From NCBI GenBank assembly GCA_964016885.1, contig OZ024746.1:14198001-14262000 (forward strand): 64,000 bases of DNA. Direction: 5' to 3'. The notes under the pieces were generated by a model. It saw only the letters and a list, made by a program, of their open reading frames with translations. It made no database searches and was not told the origin of the DNA. Source of the DNA: Eledone cirrhosa. Its lineage: Eukaryota. Both the position numbers and the translations under genes were made by a program. How positions within the stretch are numbered: the first letter of the stretch is position 1; every line of letters begins with the position of its first letter. This document shows positions 42,573 through 57,695 of the stretch, one piece after another.

Positions 42573-43719
42573 TGCATATAAACCTTCTTTTTCTAAATAT
42601 GTAAATAATGTATTTACTTAGTCATGTACACTAATGTATCAGACTTGGCTCTGTAGTTAATATTAAGAGTATGTTGCTTAATCGATGTTCTTTACTCGTT
42701 TCATAATACTGTAGGAAATTCAAACAATTCGGTATTGACATAAAGTTGAATTAAGTGTCAAAGAGAGTTGAATTGTTGGTTGAAGATGTTGACAATCAAA
42801 GTAAATTTTCTGACTATATAGAAAACAGCATTTCTCGGCTTAGCACAAGAAAGGAGCTAGTTAGCACAACAGAACGCGCCACATGTATAACATATAAAAC
42901 TACACACATTGTAGAAAATGAGACAGCGGAAACTAGCACACAGACAATAAATAAGGTTACAAAACTAAGTCAAAATACAACATAACTTACCGTACAAAAT
43001 AAACATTACAGAAGATTAAAATGGTACACAATATAAATCTACCCAAAATCCAAACTGATATAGAAGTCAATTGAAATATCTATAAAAACATTAAACAATA
43101 CATAAAATTACTAAAAAAAAAACATCCCCTTCACCCTACATAGTTAACACACAACACAATAAAATCATGCATAATAACAGATCAATGTAAGAAAAACATA
43201 ACAGAAACAACGAAGAAAATGAATAAGGTGAACGTAACAAAAGCAATGAATATAAATTAACTTCAACAGCTGTCCAAGATAAGTAGGAACAAGCAGTTCC
43301 TTGAAAGAATATATTAATGCAATATGGCTCTGCAGGGAATTATTTTCCTAGAAACAAAATATCCAAATATGAATAGATATAATGATCTCATCTATTGAAT
43401 ATCATTGATAGTATCGAGGTCAAAGGTGATTGAATCTTAATAATGTCACATCGACATCAGCCAAACTCTACTTCAGAAGCTGGAGAGAAAGTATACTGCA
43501 TATTGTTGAAAACAAAATAAAGTGCTATCTCCACTTACCAAAATATAAAAAAAAGAGATCCGCCATAAAAAAAATGTTAAATAGGACCCCCACACCATCC
43601 CTACCAAATAGAAAAGAAAAACTAAATATATATAATAAAGTAGAAAACAAATGCATGACTGGGTATTTACAAATAAACAAACAAAGCATTGAATAATTTA
43701 CATTCTTGCACAATCGACA

Positions 43720-44900
43720 CAAAATAATCAAGTTGTCCAAATACTAACAAAATACATCGACTATGTCATGTCATATTGGAAAATAACTATATCAACACAG
43801 AGAGAAAGAAAATTAAAACTAACCATTTATACTTAAGAAGAAAGTCGTCCATCAGGTTCTATAATCTCCCTAATCTTTTGCCTAGATCTGACTCCATTAA
43901 CAAATCAATTGAATAAAACCACCAACGTTATAGTTGCTACAGAGAAACTCTAAACTCCCTGCATCTTCGATATATATTACTTTTAAAAGAATACTTATAA
44001 GGGATAATACCCAGTTGTAAAGCCTACTAAAATGAATCCATGAATTCAGCTAAGATATAAAAAGAATGGGGAAAATAGATAAATGTGTGCCAGCTACAAT
44101 ATAAGATGAACAAAAATTGAAAATATTAAATTAGATAAAACCACTGCAATAAGAGAATTAGACCTGTAGTAAACATGCAAATACTTATTAGTGTCATAAG
44201 GAAAGATGAGGAAGCAAAGAACAAGGAAAGAAATGCTCATCCTCTCAATCTATAGATTAAATGACTGGAAAATATCAACACCGTGAAAAGTGACTTAGAT
44301 ATGAATAAAACAAGAAAAGATTAAAAATCAAACGTAAAAACAAACTGAAATTCTAAAGTGCTCTAAAGAAAACAGAATGAAACGTCACTCCATGGGCAAA
44401 GCTAATGAAGTAATATGGAATGAAATCCAAATACTATTCAATATATATATAAGCCAAACGAAGGAACAGACAGATTACTGTTTCACGGAAACAATACCTA
44501 ACAACAAACTAAAGGAACTAAATTATGAAAACAAGATATTTAACAAATACAGACAATGCAACCAGTGCAATGAGATGGTTGACCAGATCATTCTTCAAAT
44601 ACCCAGTTCTTGCCAAGTCCGAGAATATTTACCAAAACATTCGGGTCAGTAGCTATTTTATTTCATTTATTTAGGGAGTGGGGTAATATTCTGGCACATA
44701 GACGTGAAAAGGGATAAGAAGTGATATAAGGCTTCACTAAAACAGTACTTGACAACGACTTGGACACACATATAGGACATCCCTGTCCTAACAAGAAGAG
44801 CAAAGTAAACCGTTCAGACGTAGTGAAAGTCTGAAATAAAATCGAAACAAACAAGACGTGCGGCACTGAGTATGATAAAAGGATTTGATGAAAATCTGAC
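43720..44900 (+). mobile_element. Heavily decayed RLE-type LINE
   Basis: A-rich strand bias; remnants resembling QG..ISLIFCL...PL (about 43850-43900) and a Cys-X2-Cys-like knuckle (QCNQCNEMVDQI, about 44555-44590). Confidence 0.45.
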
Positions 44901-47900
44901 AAACCACACGAGGGTTCGCCCCATTACTCACAGTCCAAAGAATAGTCTCACTAAAAGCAATCCACATTCAGCGCAAACACTTTCAATTTAATTACACACT
45001 ACAAATGATACGCTATCTCTACACACAATTCAAACCTTATATAGTAAACATCCAACTAAATAACACAATTGACGCAGCATATATCTATAGAATCTAAACG
45101 ACACTATATTATACAACACCTTGTCTACCCTTAATTAATCGATACCTGATACTATAACATCTACCACTCATGTATTTCGCATGGTATATCGCTACAAACT
45201 ATTCCTATAATACAACAGCATATATTCTACACAATCTAAAGACTGACATTAAATCAAACGGTAACACCAATCAAACAGTACATACGAAACACAAATGTGA
45301 CTAACAACTAAAATAACACAAAAATAAATAAAGCAAATACCACGACAATGCAAACTTACTGTAGTATACAAAGACAATTCTATTTTTCCCAAAGACAATG
45401 CAGAACACATCCCAGGGACACACATCTACATCTTGTGTTCCATTGGACACACATAAAATGGCTGAAACTATAATAATGATAAAAATTGTTCCTTGCCAAG
45501 GATTCAAAAGAAACCGGATTCGCTCTTAATAGTGTAATTCTGTCGATATCCAAATCTAAATGATAAAAATGCGAGTGAAAAGAAATGATACAGTATTGAA
45601 TCGAAAATATAGCCTGAAAAATACCTATTCATACTTATGGAAATAAATAAAGAACGGTCGAATGCACTAAAGCCGAAAGCAAACTTAATATTAAGAGAAT
45701 ATAATATTCCACAATATATTTCTCAAGTCTTTCACGAAAAATGTAAAAGAATCTATTATAAAAATATTTTTTGTGATTTGATTTCGTATGATACTTCTGT
45801 AGTGTTGTCTTCTACTTGTCAGTACTGCGAATTATTACATAAACGATGATATTATAATTGGAATAACTTAAAGCCCTAAACATACTTCAGAATCTTTATG
45901 TTTAAATTAATTACTTTAATAATATAATACCGAATATGATACTTTGGAACACTTCTTTAATGCAAGAACCTAATTTGAAACAAATACCAACAAAATATAC
46001 AGAAACATCAAGCACAATTTCATAATCCTAGATAATACACTAACATTAACACATTTTTCAAACATTGAGAGAAAATATTAGAGAAAGCGTTAATCACAGC
46101 CAAAGCACATAATGTATTGAAGGGAAAGAGATAAGAAAAATGCAATAACAGCATAAGCGTAGTCCTGTTATATCGGATAATGAATTCAAGAAGAGGAAGA
46201 CTGCGAACAAAGGGAAAGCTGCTAGAATTGACACGCTGTTCTTGAAACAACTAAAAATATTCATGGATTTGTAGTAATATAATTCAATCCTTTAATAAAG
46301 AGACCTGAATGAACAACTGACTGGTTACTAGAGGCTAAAACCTCATTGAATATTCAAAACAAAAACAGCAGGTAAATCTAAAGCTACGGCAAAACGAGCT
46401 GTTTATCGATAATATAAAATATTCCTGTATCTATACTTCATAACAAGCTAAGTGATCACCTATAAATTAATAATATCTTACCAGAGGAGAAGGGGTCTCA
46501 GATAGAGATGTATAGTATATTTACTATACTAGCTTTTTTTACATTTTGATTCACATGTCATCGGTGCTAACTTTGACTTTCCGAGTTCAATATAGTAAGT
46601 AGTCATCTAGATTAACTCAACAGTATGATCCTTGAGTTGCTTTCATTGAGTTCTCTCTGTGGCGACCATTCTAACCGAATACCTTTTCCCAGATACATTG
46701 CATTGCAGAAATTAAGAGTAAGAATTGGATGTATGAAACACACCAGTCTAGAAGTCATGGGATCAGACAAATATGTTAATATATTCTTTAAACATTACTG
46801 TCTCGTTATAATCGAATACATCACTCCCAAATACGTCTTATTTCTCTTAAATGTGTTGAACACGTTTATAGATTCGATACTTCCCGATCCCCTTCATATA
46901 AAAATCAACCAATGTATATGAATCGAAATTCCTTTTAAGTTAAGTTCAGTTAAGTAGAATAGAATAAAAATTCAGAAAAATCTTTGTTTTTTGGAGGTTT
47001 TCTTTTTAGAAATCTTTAAATAACAATGATGTAGGCTCATGGCTGACTAGAAATAAAGCACGGACCATTTTATTGTATTAAAATAATTTTATTTCTTTCA
47101 ATGTTTCATCTTTCGAAATATTCAAAAGTAGTACTGAAAATCTTGTAACAATATTGTATATTTACACAGGGTATAAGATATAGTATAAGGAAATAGAGAA
47201 GTAACATGGGGAATAAATTAAACACAAAATATCTAAAGGAATTATTCAAAAGATAAATATAAATACGTCATTTTAAATATTATCACGTTCTTAAACTGTT
47301 TCTGGTTTTGACTTAAGATGTAAAAGTAGAATAGCATGAAAAAGCATTCATCGGAATATATATAGCTTTATATCGATAATTGGAATAGAAAACAAATACT
47401 AAGAACCAATCTTTTAGGTTATTATAATTCTTTTCACGTAATATAAGGTTAATTTTCTATTAAAATAATCATAAAAACTGCAGTATGTACATACATACAC
47501 ATATATGTGAGTGTGCGCGTCTATATATTATACATATATATATGTGTGTATGTGCGCTTGTATTTGCAAAAAAAAAAAGAGGGGGAAAACTATAGAAACA
47601 GATGAAAGAATATTGTGTCATTTCCTACTCTTAAAAAGAAACAAATATACGATATGATATTGATCAGAGCTAGTATAATGTTGGTAAATATTTTGTAATG
47701 GAAAGAACAAAGTCTACCTCCTTCAGCTTATAACAAATTTCCGTCCTATGTATGCTTTTATATGTACATATACATAAGATCGTGAAGGTACGTGTTTTAG
47801 TGGTTATGGAGTTCGTAAAGCCGTATGTTCTAAACCCAGTGCCAGTTTTTTTTTGGGGGGGGAGGGGGTCTAGAGCAAGAAAGAGATTTTGTTTCACATA

Positions 47901-47929
47901 TCTCGAGTCCACTCGTCTAATCAATGGGA

Positions 47930-48968
47930 AATAGGACTAAATTCGCTGAAAACTGGAAAAACAGCTGGTACAGACAATATTCCAGCAGAACTGATAAAAC
48001 GTGGAGAAGAGGTAGTGATTGGCGTTCTTAGAAGAATCTGCAACAAAATCTGGGAGACTGGAGAGTGGCCAACATAATAGACTCAGTCACTCATTCTGGT
48101 GGATTGGCAGAATTGGTAGAGGGTCGGACGCATGCTTTCACGCATAGAGTTACGGCCCTTGCCATTCTGAGTTCAAATCCCGCTGAGGTTAACTTTGCCT
48201 TTCATCCTTACAGAGTCGATAAAATAAAGTACCAGTACCAGTACCAGCTGGCCTTGTGCCAAAAGTAGAAATAATTATTACACTCCCCAAGAAAGGCAAT
48301 CTATAACAATGCCAAAATTATAGAACCATCTGCCTTATCAGTCCCGCAAGCACAGGAATGCTAAAGGTCATCCTGAACAAGCTGAAGTCAGAAGTTGATG
48401 AAATCATTGCGGAAGAGCAGGTTGATTTCCGTTGTGGAAGGAGCACTACAGAGCATATTTTCAATCTGAGAGTTCAGCCAACAGCAACAGGATCTTTACC
48501 ACGCATTAGTTGACTTAAGAAATCCCTCGACAGGGTGTGGCACAATGCGCTGTGGGCAATCATGAAGAAATATAACATAGGACAAAAGATCATCCACACA
48601 ATTCAAAAGCTGTACGCCAAGGCCTCGAGTACTGTATTTTCCTGATTATTGAACTGCAAAGAAAGATCCAATCAGTGGAGATGAGATGCTATAGAAGAAT
48701 CATGCCAATCTCCTATAAAGGAGCTTCGCAAAAGAACAAAGTGAGTCATTTTGAAGAGCTGCTGACTACGGTGAAGAGGAGGAAGCTGAGATGGTATGGG
48801 CTTGTAACAAGATCGGACAGACTGTCTAAGATAATTCTCCAAGGAATAGTGTGGGGAAAGAGAAGGCGGAGCAGACAGAGGAAGCGGTGTACAGACAACA
48901 TGGCTTCGTGGACAGGGAAGAACTTTACTATAACCCAAGCACTCGCATATGACCACCATAGATGGAGG
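47930..48968 (+). mobile_element. Decayed RTE-clade LINE reverse-transcriptase fragment with internal deletion
   Basis: LKTGKTAGTDNIPAELIK..ICNKIWETGEWP; LPKKGNL..CQNYRTICLIS; EEQ..FR.GRST; EMRCYRRI..RRKLRWYG. Confidence 0.9.
48098..48278 (+). mobile_element. Deu/Nin SINE inserted in the RTE relic
   Basis: Consensus match interrupting the RT frame. Confidence 0.9.
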
Positions 48969-49105
48969 TAGTTGTGTGTCTTATAAATGTGTGCATTTTC
49001 ATGTATACACTCTCAATATATAAACAATTATGCAGTCTCGGTTACCTTTATACTGCATATATACAGATATAAATGTATTGTCTTCTTCTGTTGCTTAGTG
49101 CGCAA

Positions 49106-49179
<74 letters not shown>

Positions 49180-49242
49180 ATAATAATAAATGTGAAGACT
49201 AAAAGGGTGAAAGCAGCGATTCTTTGCTTAAACTTTAATCTG

Positions 49243-49358
<116 letters not shown>

Positions 49359-50104
49359 CTGTGAAGCTATACTAAGGGTTTCGTGCCTAAGTGAACTTTT
49401 CAAACTATATAGAAATATGTATGCTCACATGAACTTTCGTATATTTAGATCTATATTCGTCTTAATATGGTTCATGCAAATGTGCATTTGGAACTTCTTA
49501 CTGCATCTTAACCGAATGTTTATATATTTGAACATTATTTCTTTATTAGATATGTATGAGTCAAATAGCTTACAGATATAATTACTATAGTATTGATGTA
49601 AACCATAAGTACACAATAAACATTAGAACATATTTATATACATACAAACGCTTGCATACTTAGACACATTGTCATGTAAAACAAATTAAAAGAATAAAAT
49701 CACATGCGGTAGCTATTGCTGATGTAATGTCGTCTATCATATTTTTGTTGAAAGGAAAACATTTTCTGTACTAATGATAAAGAATATACTATATAAATTG
49801 CTGTAGTGATTTAATCAGTGGAATATTCTATACAAAGAATGGCAGCATGAACAGTCTGTTAAAGAGTAAGAAGAAATGTTGCAACCATGAACACGATAAC
49901 AACGGCAGCCTTACAACACATAACTTTGTATTCATTCAATATTAACTTCACATATCAACATCAACTTCAACAATAGGCTCTCGAAAATAAGCCCACCAAT
50001 AATATTGACAAGAACAACATGTATTTATTAAATGTTTCTACATGAACGACTATTATATCATCGACACCAATAATAAAATAAGTACAATTTAAGTTAATAA
50101 TAAT

Positions 50105-50284
50105 AATTGTTTTTACTTTTGGCGCAAGGCCGGCAATTACCCCAGTGGATTACTGGTGCGTTATTTTATCGACCCAGTGAAGATGAAAGGCAAAGCCAAA
50201 CTTGGCGGGGTTTGAAATCAGAACGTAAAGAGCCGTAACTCTATGTCGCGAAGCATGGTGTCCAACGCTCCACCAATACTGCCC
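50105..50284 (-). mobile_element. Deu/Nin SINE
   Basis: Consensus match with (AAT)n tail. Confidence 0.85.
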
Positions 50285-50601
50285 TATAATGTATTAAAAC
50301 ATGGAAAACAAGTAAATGATTTGAAAGAGTTCTTCTCTGACTTCCTATATTGTTATATATGCTTATATGTTCATATATGCTTATATGTTCCTAACTCTTC
50401 GATTCTTTAAATAAACTAACCTCTCTTCTGTAATTCTGAAACTTGTAAATATATATCGAGTGCTTATTCAGCTAATATTTGAACGTTCTGTGTACACTTA
50501 TACAATACACGCACACTTACACACACTTACACACACTTACACACACTTACATACACACACTTACATACACATACATACACACACACGCACACACACGCAC
50601 G

Positions 50602-50694
<93 letters not shown>

Positions 50695-52242
50695 CTTCCC
50701 ATCTCCTTTTTCTCTGGAAACAAGTAATCTACGTAATTATATATCTCTTTTGATATGAGAAAAAAATAGGTTTTGAGTTAGTCTACTTCTTTGGGTGTTA
50801 GGGAAGTATTTTTTTTCTATCATATTTGACGAAAGGTTATCAATAATTATTTGTAAAGTGCATTGTTGTCTTCTATATTGTCACACATATATACAGCTAT
50901 CCTTTTACACACATATGTAATATCAACGTGTAATGTTTTAATAAGATATTGACGAAACACGTCTAAGATTGACTATACTTACGTTTTTGCTGGAAACGCC
51001 TTTGGTAAAAAGCATTATATTTATTACCTTTTTCTATTTCATTATTTGATGTTCCATGCATAGATATAATAAATCATTCGATTACACATCAAAGTTACTC
51101 AGGTCACGTACAATATAAATCGACGACCACTTTATGAGGAAGGACTAAAGCTGGAAATTCACTTACTTCTTTCCTGTAGGCGAATTTTCCAACCTGTAGT
51201 TTCTGTTGAATTATTTGTATGATGTTTGGGAACTTGAGAAGAGAAATGGAAAGTATTTCACGTTTCTACAAAAGCATTGGTAAGTACTTGAAAAGTTGTT
51301 TATAAGTCGATATGTTGAGATATACATGAAAATATTGACCTATTCGGTAATAATCATACAACCACTACAAGCGGATATATCTTTGAGATAATGTATGATA
51401 GAACAATAATAATGAGCTGGTTGTCTGATGAGGCGTGGAGAGGGCATCTATAATTCGAACAGTCTTAACTTTATATGATAGTATGCGAGAATAAGTCGAA
51501 TGCTTTATGACTGTTTCGTGAAGGAATACATTTTATTAAGTGCCGAGATAAAACGAAAGTAATAAATCGCTTTTCAGATGTCTGCTTTAATATTTACTAG
51601 TCAGAACGCTATAATGAGTAGAATACGGTTATATAACATGTAGGAGAACATATATTGATTAATTATACTGAATCAATAAAATATCCTTTTGTTCTTATTC
51701 TCATTGAAGTTAATTTCTTCATTGTTGATCTTTTCTGTTTGCTTTATGATAATGTTCAGCTTTTCGATATAATATGCAATGGGACAATGGGCAGGTCAGA
51801 GTATTGGATTGGAAGAAACATTAGGGTATCATATTAAATATCGTGTGGTGTTTATTCTGGCTATCTACATTCTAAGAAAAAATACAGCTAAAGACAACGT
51901 GGTGTTTCATCATTTTAGTGTCGATAGATAAAGTAGCCGTCAATGGCGGGAGACTAGCAGAGTACATTGTGTGGTGTATGTGATACCATGTATTATATTC
52001 TGCTATTTACAGTCAAATTTAGCCTGCAATATCACTAATTACCAGCTGAATCCGATATTTCCTTTCCCTTGAATAACATCAACGAGGAGGAGAATGGAAC
52101 TTTTTATGTGTGGACGACCAATGGTCTACCATGAGAATGCTTGAACAGGCCTGCGCCTGATAGAAGAACATTACAGATGTAACAGACACGACGGTAGCGC
52201 ATTGAAGGAAATGCATATTCAGGGGCGACCACACACACACAC

Positions 52243-52288
<46 letters not shown>

Positions 52289-52324
52289 ATGTGTTAAGTA
52301 TTTCTGTGAGAAAGGTAAAGGAAA

Positions 52325-52550
52325 GAAGAGTGCTCTATGTATAGATAGTACAGAGCTATTTAATTACACAATAAACAACACAATAAAATTATTCCATTAC
52401 CAAAGGTTTCAGGAGACTGGACGATCCTTACAGAAACATCCAGTTCGTTCATCTGATGAACGAGCTGAATGTTTCTGTATGGTTCGTCTAGTCTCCTGAA
52501 ACCTTTCGTAATGGAATAATTATATTGTGTTGTTTATTGTATAATTAAAT
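52325..52550. mobile_element. Family D palindromic HHR element
   Basis: Centre 52454; TTCAT-CTGATGA-stem II-GAAA-CCTTTCG-TA-ATGGA at 52448-52515; terminus AAGAGTGCTCTATGTA shared with 17764. Confidence 0.8.
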
Positions 52551-52658
52551 AATTGTTTCTACTTTTGGCACAAGGGCAGCAATTACCCAGTGTATTACTG
52601 GTAATTTATTTTATCGACCCCGTAAGGATGAAAGGCAAAATTAACTTCGGCGGGATTC
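52551..52658 (-). mobile_element. Deu/Nin SINE, 5'-truncated
   Basis: Body and tail match. Confidence 0.85.
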
Positions 52659-52679
52659 CAACCATACTCTTGACTACAA

Positions 52680-54660
52680 TAACAGATAAAATCTCACATG
52701 ATATGTTGCCTCATTCTTGGATCACCAAAAGCCTAGAGATCTTCAGGGTGGCAGATAACATCAGACAGTTGTTGAGCAAAAGTATGAAGTCCTGGAAAAC
52801 AGAGTTAACATCAGCTGGAGAATCCTTGGGAGGCGTGAAGATCAAGAGAGGTATCTTCCAGGGAGATAGTCTGTCCCCTCTGTTGTTTGTCCTTGGCCTG
52901 ATGCCCCTGACCATTATACTGCGAAAAGTGAGAGCAGGATACAAGTTGGGAAAGGGAGAGCTTACCATCAATCACCTCCTCTTCATGGACGATCTTAAGC
53001 TCTTCGGGAAGAGTTAGAAGGAGGTGGATGTACTTGTTGACACTGTCCGTATTTTCAGCAATGATATATGTATGCAATTTGGTATTAGTAAGTGTGGACT
53101 CCTTGTGATGAAGAGGGGTAAATTGAGCAGAAGCAACGGAATCCAGGTACCAACAGGTGAGATGATAAAGGAAATTGACACTGAAGAAGGATACAAGTAT
53201 TTGGGTGTTCTGGAGGCTGATGACATCATGAACAAAAAAATGAAGGAATTGATAAGATCTGAATACATTCGGAGAGTAAGGAGCGTATTAAAGTCACATC
53301 TGAACAGTAGGAATGCCATAAGTGCAGTAAATTCCCGAGCTGTGTCTATTATTAGGTACAGTGCGGGAATTCTGAGATGGAATGTTGCTGAACAAAAAGA
53401 AATGGATAGGAAGACTAGGAAGCTATTCACTATCTACAACATGTTCCACAAGAGGAGTGATGTCGATAGACTCTACTTAAGGATATCTGAAGGTGGAAGA
53501 GGTCTTATCAGCATAGAGGACTGTGTTCAGATGGAGAAAAACAACCTACACAAATACGTGACCGATAGTAAGGAGCCAATGCTCAGAATTGTACTGAAGG
53601 AGATGGCAATAGACCAGGGGATGTCCAAGGAGGAAATAACAACAAGGAGAAAGAGCAACCTTCATGAAAAATCCCTTCATAGTACCTTCTTTGAGAAAAC
53701 GGAATTCAGAGATCCACAGACATGGAACTGGTTGAAAAGAGGAGACCTTAAAAAGGCTACAGAAGGAATGCTAATGGCTGCGCAAGAGCAAGCCCTTAAA
53801 ACGAAGTGGCTGAAACACCATATTTACAAGGAGGAGGCTAGCCCACTGTGCAGGATCTGTGGATAGAGAGAGGAGACTGTGGCTCACATTGTATCCAAGT
53901 GTAAACACCTAGCCCAGACTCACTATAAAGGCTGGAGACATGATGTGATGGGAAGGGTGATCCACTGGCACCTATGTAAAGTAAACAATTTACCATATGC
54001 ATATGCAGATTTGTATATATGTATACTGTTTTTTTTTTTTTGTTTTGTTTTTATTATAATCAATGTGCTGTATTAACTGGCTTACCAATGAACACAGTGA
54101 ATTTATTTGCCCTAGGTGTGAGAAAGACACTCGGCATATATCTCGGAAACAATAATAAAATAAAATCAAAGTAATAATAATAATAATTGTTTCTAATTTT
54201 GGCACAAGGCCAGCAATTATCCCAGTGCATTACTGGTACTTTATTTTATCGACCCCGTAAGGATGAAAGGCAAAGTTAACCTCGGCGGGATTTGAACTCA
54301 GATCGTAAAGGGTCGTAACTCTTTGCTGCAAAGCATGGCGTCCGATTCTCTACCGATACTGCCAACCCAAGGGTGATCCACTGGCATCTATGCAAAGTAA
54401 ACAATTTACCACATTCTGAGAAGTGATATGAGCATAAGCCAGAGTCGATGATAGAAAACGATCAGGTGAAGGTGCTATGAGATTTTAGGATACAGACGGA
54501 CAAGAAGTTAGTACACAATAGGCTTGACCTGGTGGTTTTAGACAATGAAAAATGATCGTGTCTGATTGTAGATGTAGCCTGTCCATTTGACACGAGGGTG
54601 CAAGAAAACAAGAGGGAGAAAATTAACCAATACCAGAATTTGAAGTTGGAGTTGGTTCAG
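52680..54660 (+). mobile_element. Inactivated non-LTR retrotransposon with RT, CCHC knuckle and restriction-like endonuclease (R4/Dong-like)
   Basis: PHSWI, GIFQGDSLSPLLF, HLLFMDDLKL, YKYLG, GGRGL, AAQEQAL, CRICG..ETVAHIVSKC, RHD, DLVV..IVDVACPFD; in-frame stops at 53015 and 53864. Confidence 0.92.
54185..54368 (-). mobile_element. Deu/Nin SINE inserted in the LINE
   Basis: Consensus match, (AAT)n tail. Confidence 0.9.
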
Positions 54661-55364
54661 TCCTTTATACAGATATAATATCATCACCATATATGTAGAC
54701 ATATATAAGGCCATAGCAAGATTTTATACGTATATTTTACATAAACATATCGTATTTGTCCTCATATACACCTCTATCTTAAATCAAGCTATGTATTTGC
54801 TCTTTAGTGTATCTACCTGGTCTTTCTGTAATGTGTTTGTGTGTGTCTGTGTGGTATGTGCATACGTGTAATGCAGTATGTGTGTGTGTATGTATGATCA
54901 TGTTTATGTGTATGCGCCTCCGTATGTATTTACCTATACCACATATGTGGTGTGTTTCAGTATCTTTACATACATATATATACATGCATGTGTATGTGAA
55001 TGTACTCGCCCGCATTTCTATGCTTAACTCTATATCTGTCTCTGTGTCAATTCTTCGGTAGCCTACTACTTTTGCTTTCTATTGGTTGTGGGTTTATGCC
55101 TGTTTTTGCATTCCTGTGTATCTATCCCTATGTGTCATAATATTTTTAGTCATTAGTTTGATGGTTTGTTGGTATTCCATTGTTAAATAATAATAATGAA
55201 ATTATTGTGTACAGTGCTCAGGTGCACTACAATTCGTCAAAGGTGCATGTATAGTATAGAATAATATACAAATGTCAGGGAAGTGAATAGTGTATGTGTC
55301 ATTGTTGCTTTATATTGAAAGTGGTTTTAGTTTCTATAGACCATACTGTAATATTGTCAGTCGG

Positions 55365-55620
55365 TTCAAAACAAAGGCTCAAAATATCCCTTAATCGGAT
55401 ATACGGAAAAATCCCAAAGGTTAGTGCACAACTGATTGAACGCCGTGAAGGTTTACTGGTCACTGCTTCCGAGCAAAAGATGAAATCGCTTCAGACCTCT
55501 TGTGGGAGAACTCATCTACCAGAAAGCTTAGCTACCAGGAAACCATAACAAGAGACACTGGAATTGACAATGATGATCTACAAACCTTGATGGAAAACAG
55601 AGACTGTTGGCGTGAAGTGG
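55365..55620 (+). mobile_element. Decayed RTE 3' fragment
   Basis: IYGKIPKVSAQLIERR...TG....DLQTLMENRDCWR resembles 28670-28915. Confidence 0.6.
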
Positions 55621-57695
55621 TGTCTCCTAAAGGCAATGGATAAAGTATAAGATCTTATATAGATGAAATTATATTTATGTTTTGGAAGCAAATAACACCA
55701 CCTATATTTAGACCTCTCACCTCAAAATATGTGGTTTGAATTTTATAATTTCCCTCGAAAACATAACTTTCACATGTGCCAATCACTACCCACCTGGTGT
55801 AATTTACGTATTTACGTATTTACTTTCAATATGATGCAAACAAATATATACATTTAAATCGATTTGAAATTAATGGCTACCGAAAAAATTTACAATATAG
55901 TTGTATTACTCCATTTACAACTCAATTTCAGTAAGCCATCTTTTTTTAATATCAAACGTCTAATTATTTTTTCATTGGCAATAAAGTATATGCCTATTAT
56001 ATTGGTAATGACTGACTGCGCTTACATCAGCTTGATCTATAACAGATATCAGACGACAAGAAAATTGTAACATTTTAAGCGATAAATATCAAAAAGTCAA
56101 TATTTCACAGTTGAAAATAATAGTATATAATAGCAAGAGCCACGTTATAAAGGTAAAATGCCGATAATATCAGGATGCAATATGATTTCAAGTCTCGATT
56201 AAGCATTGACACTGCAATTATTCTACTACTATTCTGGAGAAAATGAAAATAAATCACAATTTGTATTTCCTTTCTGTTAAAATATAAGATTATCAGTCTA
56301 AGACCAAATGAAACTAATCATATTAAACAGTCATCCTTTTGTGGGAAGAGGGTTATTTGCTCCTTTATTCCTTTTAGTAAAAACGAGTTTATGTATTAAA
56401 CACAAAATATCATTTGGTCAAAGTTTATTAGAGTTAAGTTGCTAATGCTCTGAAAGAACCTATGAATACTTGTTTAGAAATAGAACTTTATATTCATTTC
56501 AACTGTATATTCAGAGAAATTTATCTGAAAAGGTTCATAGGTTACACATTGATACTGAATATAACATGATCTATAATTAAGTAATGGCTACCTCATAGGT
56601 TGGTTTCCTTGGGGATGGATTTGTTCACTTAATGATTAAATTTGTTCCTCCTTTTCTATTAATCAACGTCAGTTGGCCAGACATATCACTTAAGACGCTG
56701 TTTCAAAACGTAGGCAATGAAAGTAATTGAAACAAGAAATAGCATATATGAATAGTTAGAGAAAGAAAAAAATTGCCATTACACTATAATAGTTATAATA
56801 CTTAAAATATTCTACATTAGTCTATTGTTATGCTGTGAACTTTCCAACTTGAGAAAATTGGTATTTGTTGTTAATCGTTGAGACATTGTAATATTTTATG
56901 TGGTTTCCTATACTAGGTGAATAATCTTTGAATCTTAAAATTGGAGATTATAGTATTTTGTAATTTGTTAAATGTATTATGTTCTTTAACATCATTAGAG
57001 TTTTCACATGAGTTATAGTTTGAACTGACGAATGCTTACCGATATTCTGTGACACGTTTGTTCAAGCGTGAATAAAATGTTTATGGTGTATATTACTGAT
57101 AACTATTTTATCCGCCAGGAAGAGATTAAATGCACGATCTACATCAGTTATATTTGAACTCAGAATGTATGTAGAGGGAGGAATGAAACTGATCCTCGTA
57201 AGACAGATATATTGGTGCGCTATCTTTCCCGGCAGCTCACCAACTTCACAAGAGAAAATGTTCATAAAACAACAAATGTTTATTTCCTCACACGTACGAA
57301 TATTTATTGTATTAATATAGCTATTTTCGTATTTGTTTAATTTAATCCTATCATCCAAAACGCACCCTGCGCTTCACACCGATAAATTCTAACAACAGAT
57401 ACAAACTTAAAAAAAAAAACATTTTCTAAGCGAATATAAATGTAAACATTATTTCTCTTTAAACTATTCATAACATGAAAAGAGAAGGAAAATGACAAAG
57501 AATATAAACATATAATATATGAATAAATGAAATTTAACCTCTTCAAAATCAAGCCAAAACGAATAAAAATAGTTTCCAATGAAAATAGACAAATTTATTG
57601 AATTTGAGATTAATGATGTTAAAATATAGGAAAGAAAATTTCAAATGTTTATATTATTTTCTTTTCTGATATATCTTTCTCAAAGAATATATATA

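Noticed and set aside
51180-51279. AG...GTAAGT-bounded 100-nt segment
   Set aside because: Stops in all three frames; could only be a UTR or start exon and has no other support.
51420-51470. CTGATGA resembling an HHR core
   Set aside because: No convincing stem II, GAAA or stem I complement.
53024-53866. 280-aa ORF as a host gene
   Set aside because: Part of an inactivated LINE ORF bounded by in-frame stops.
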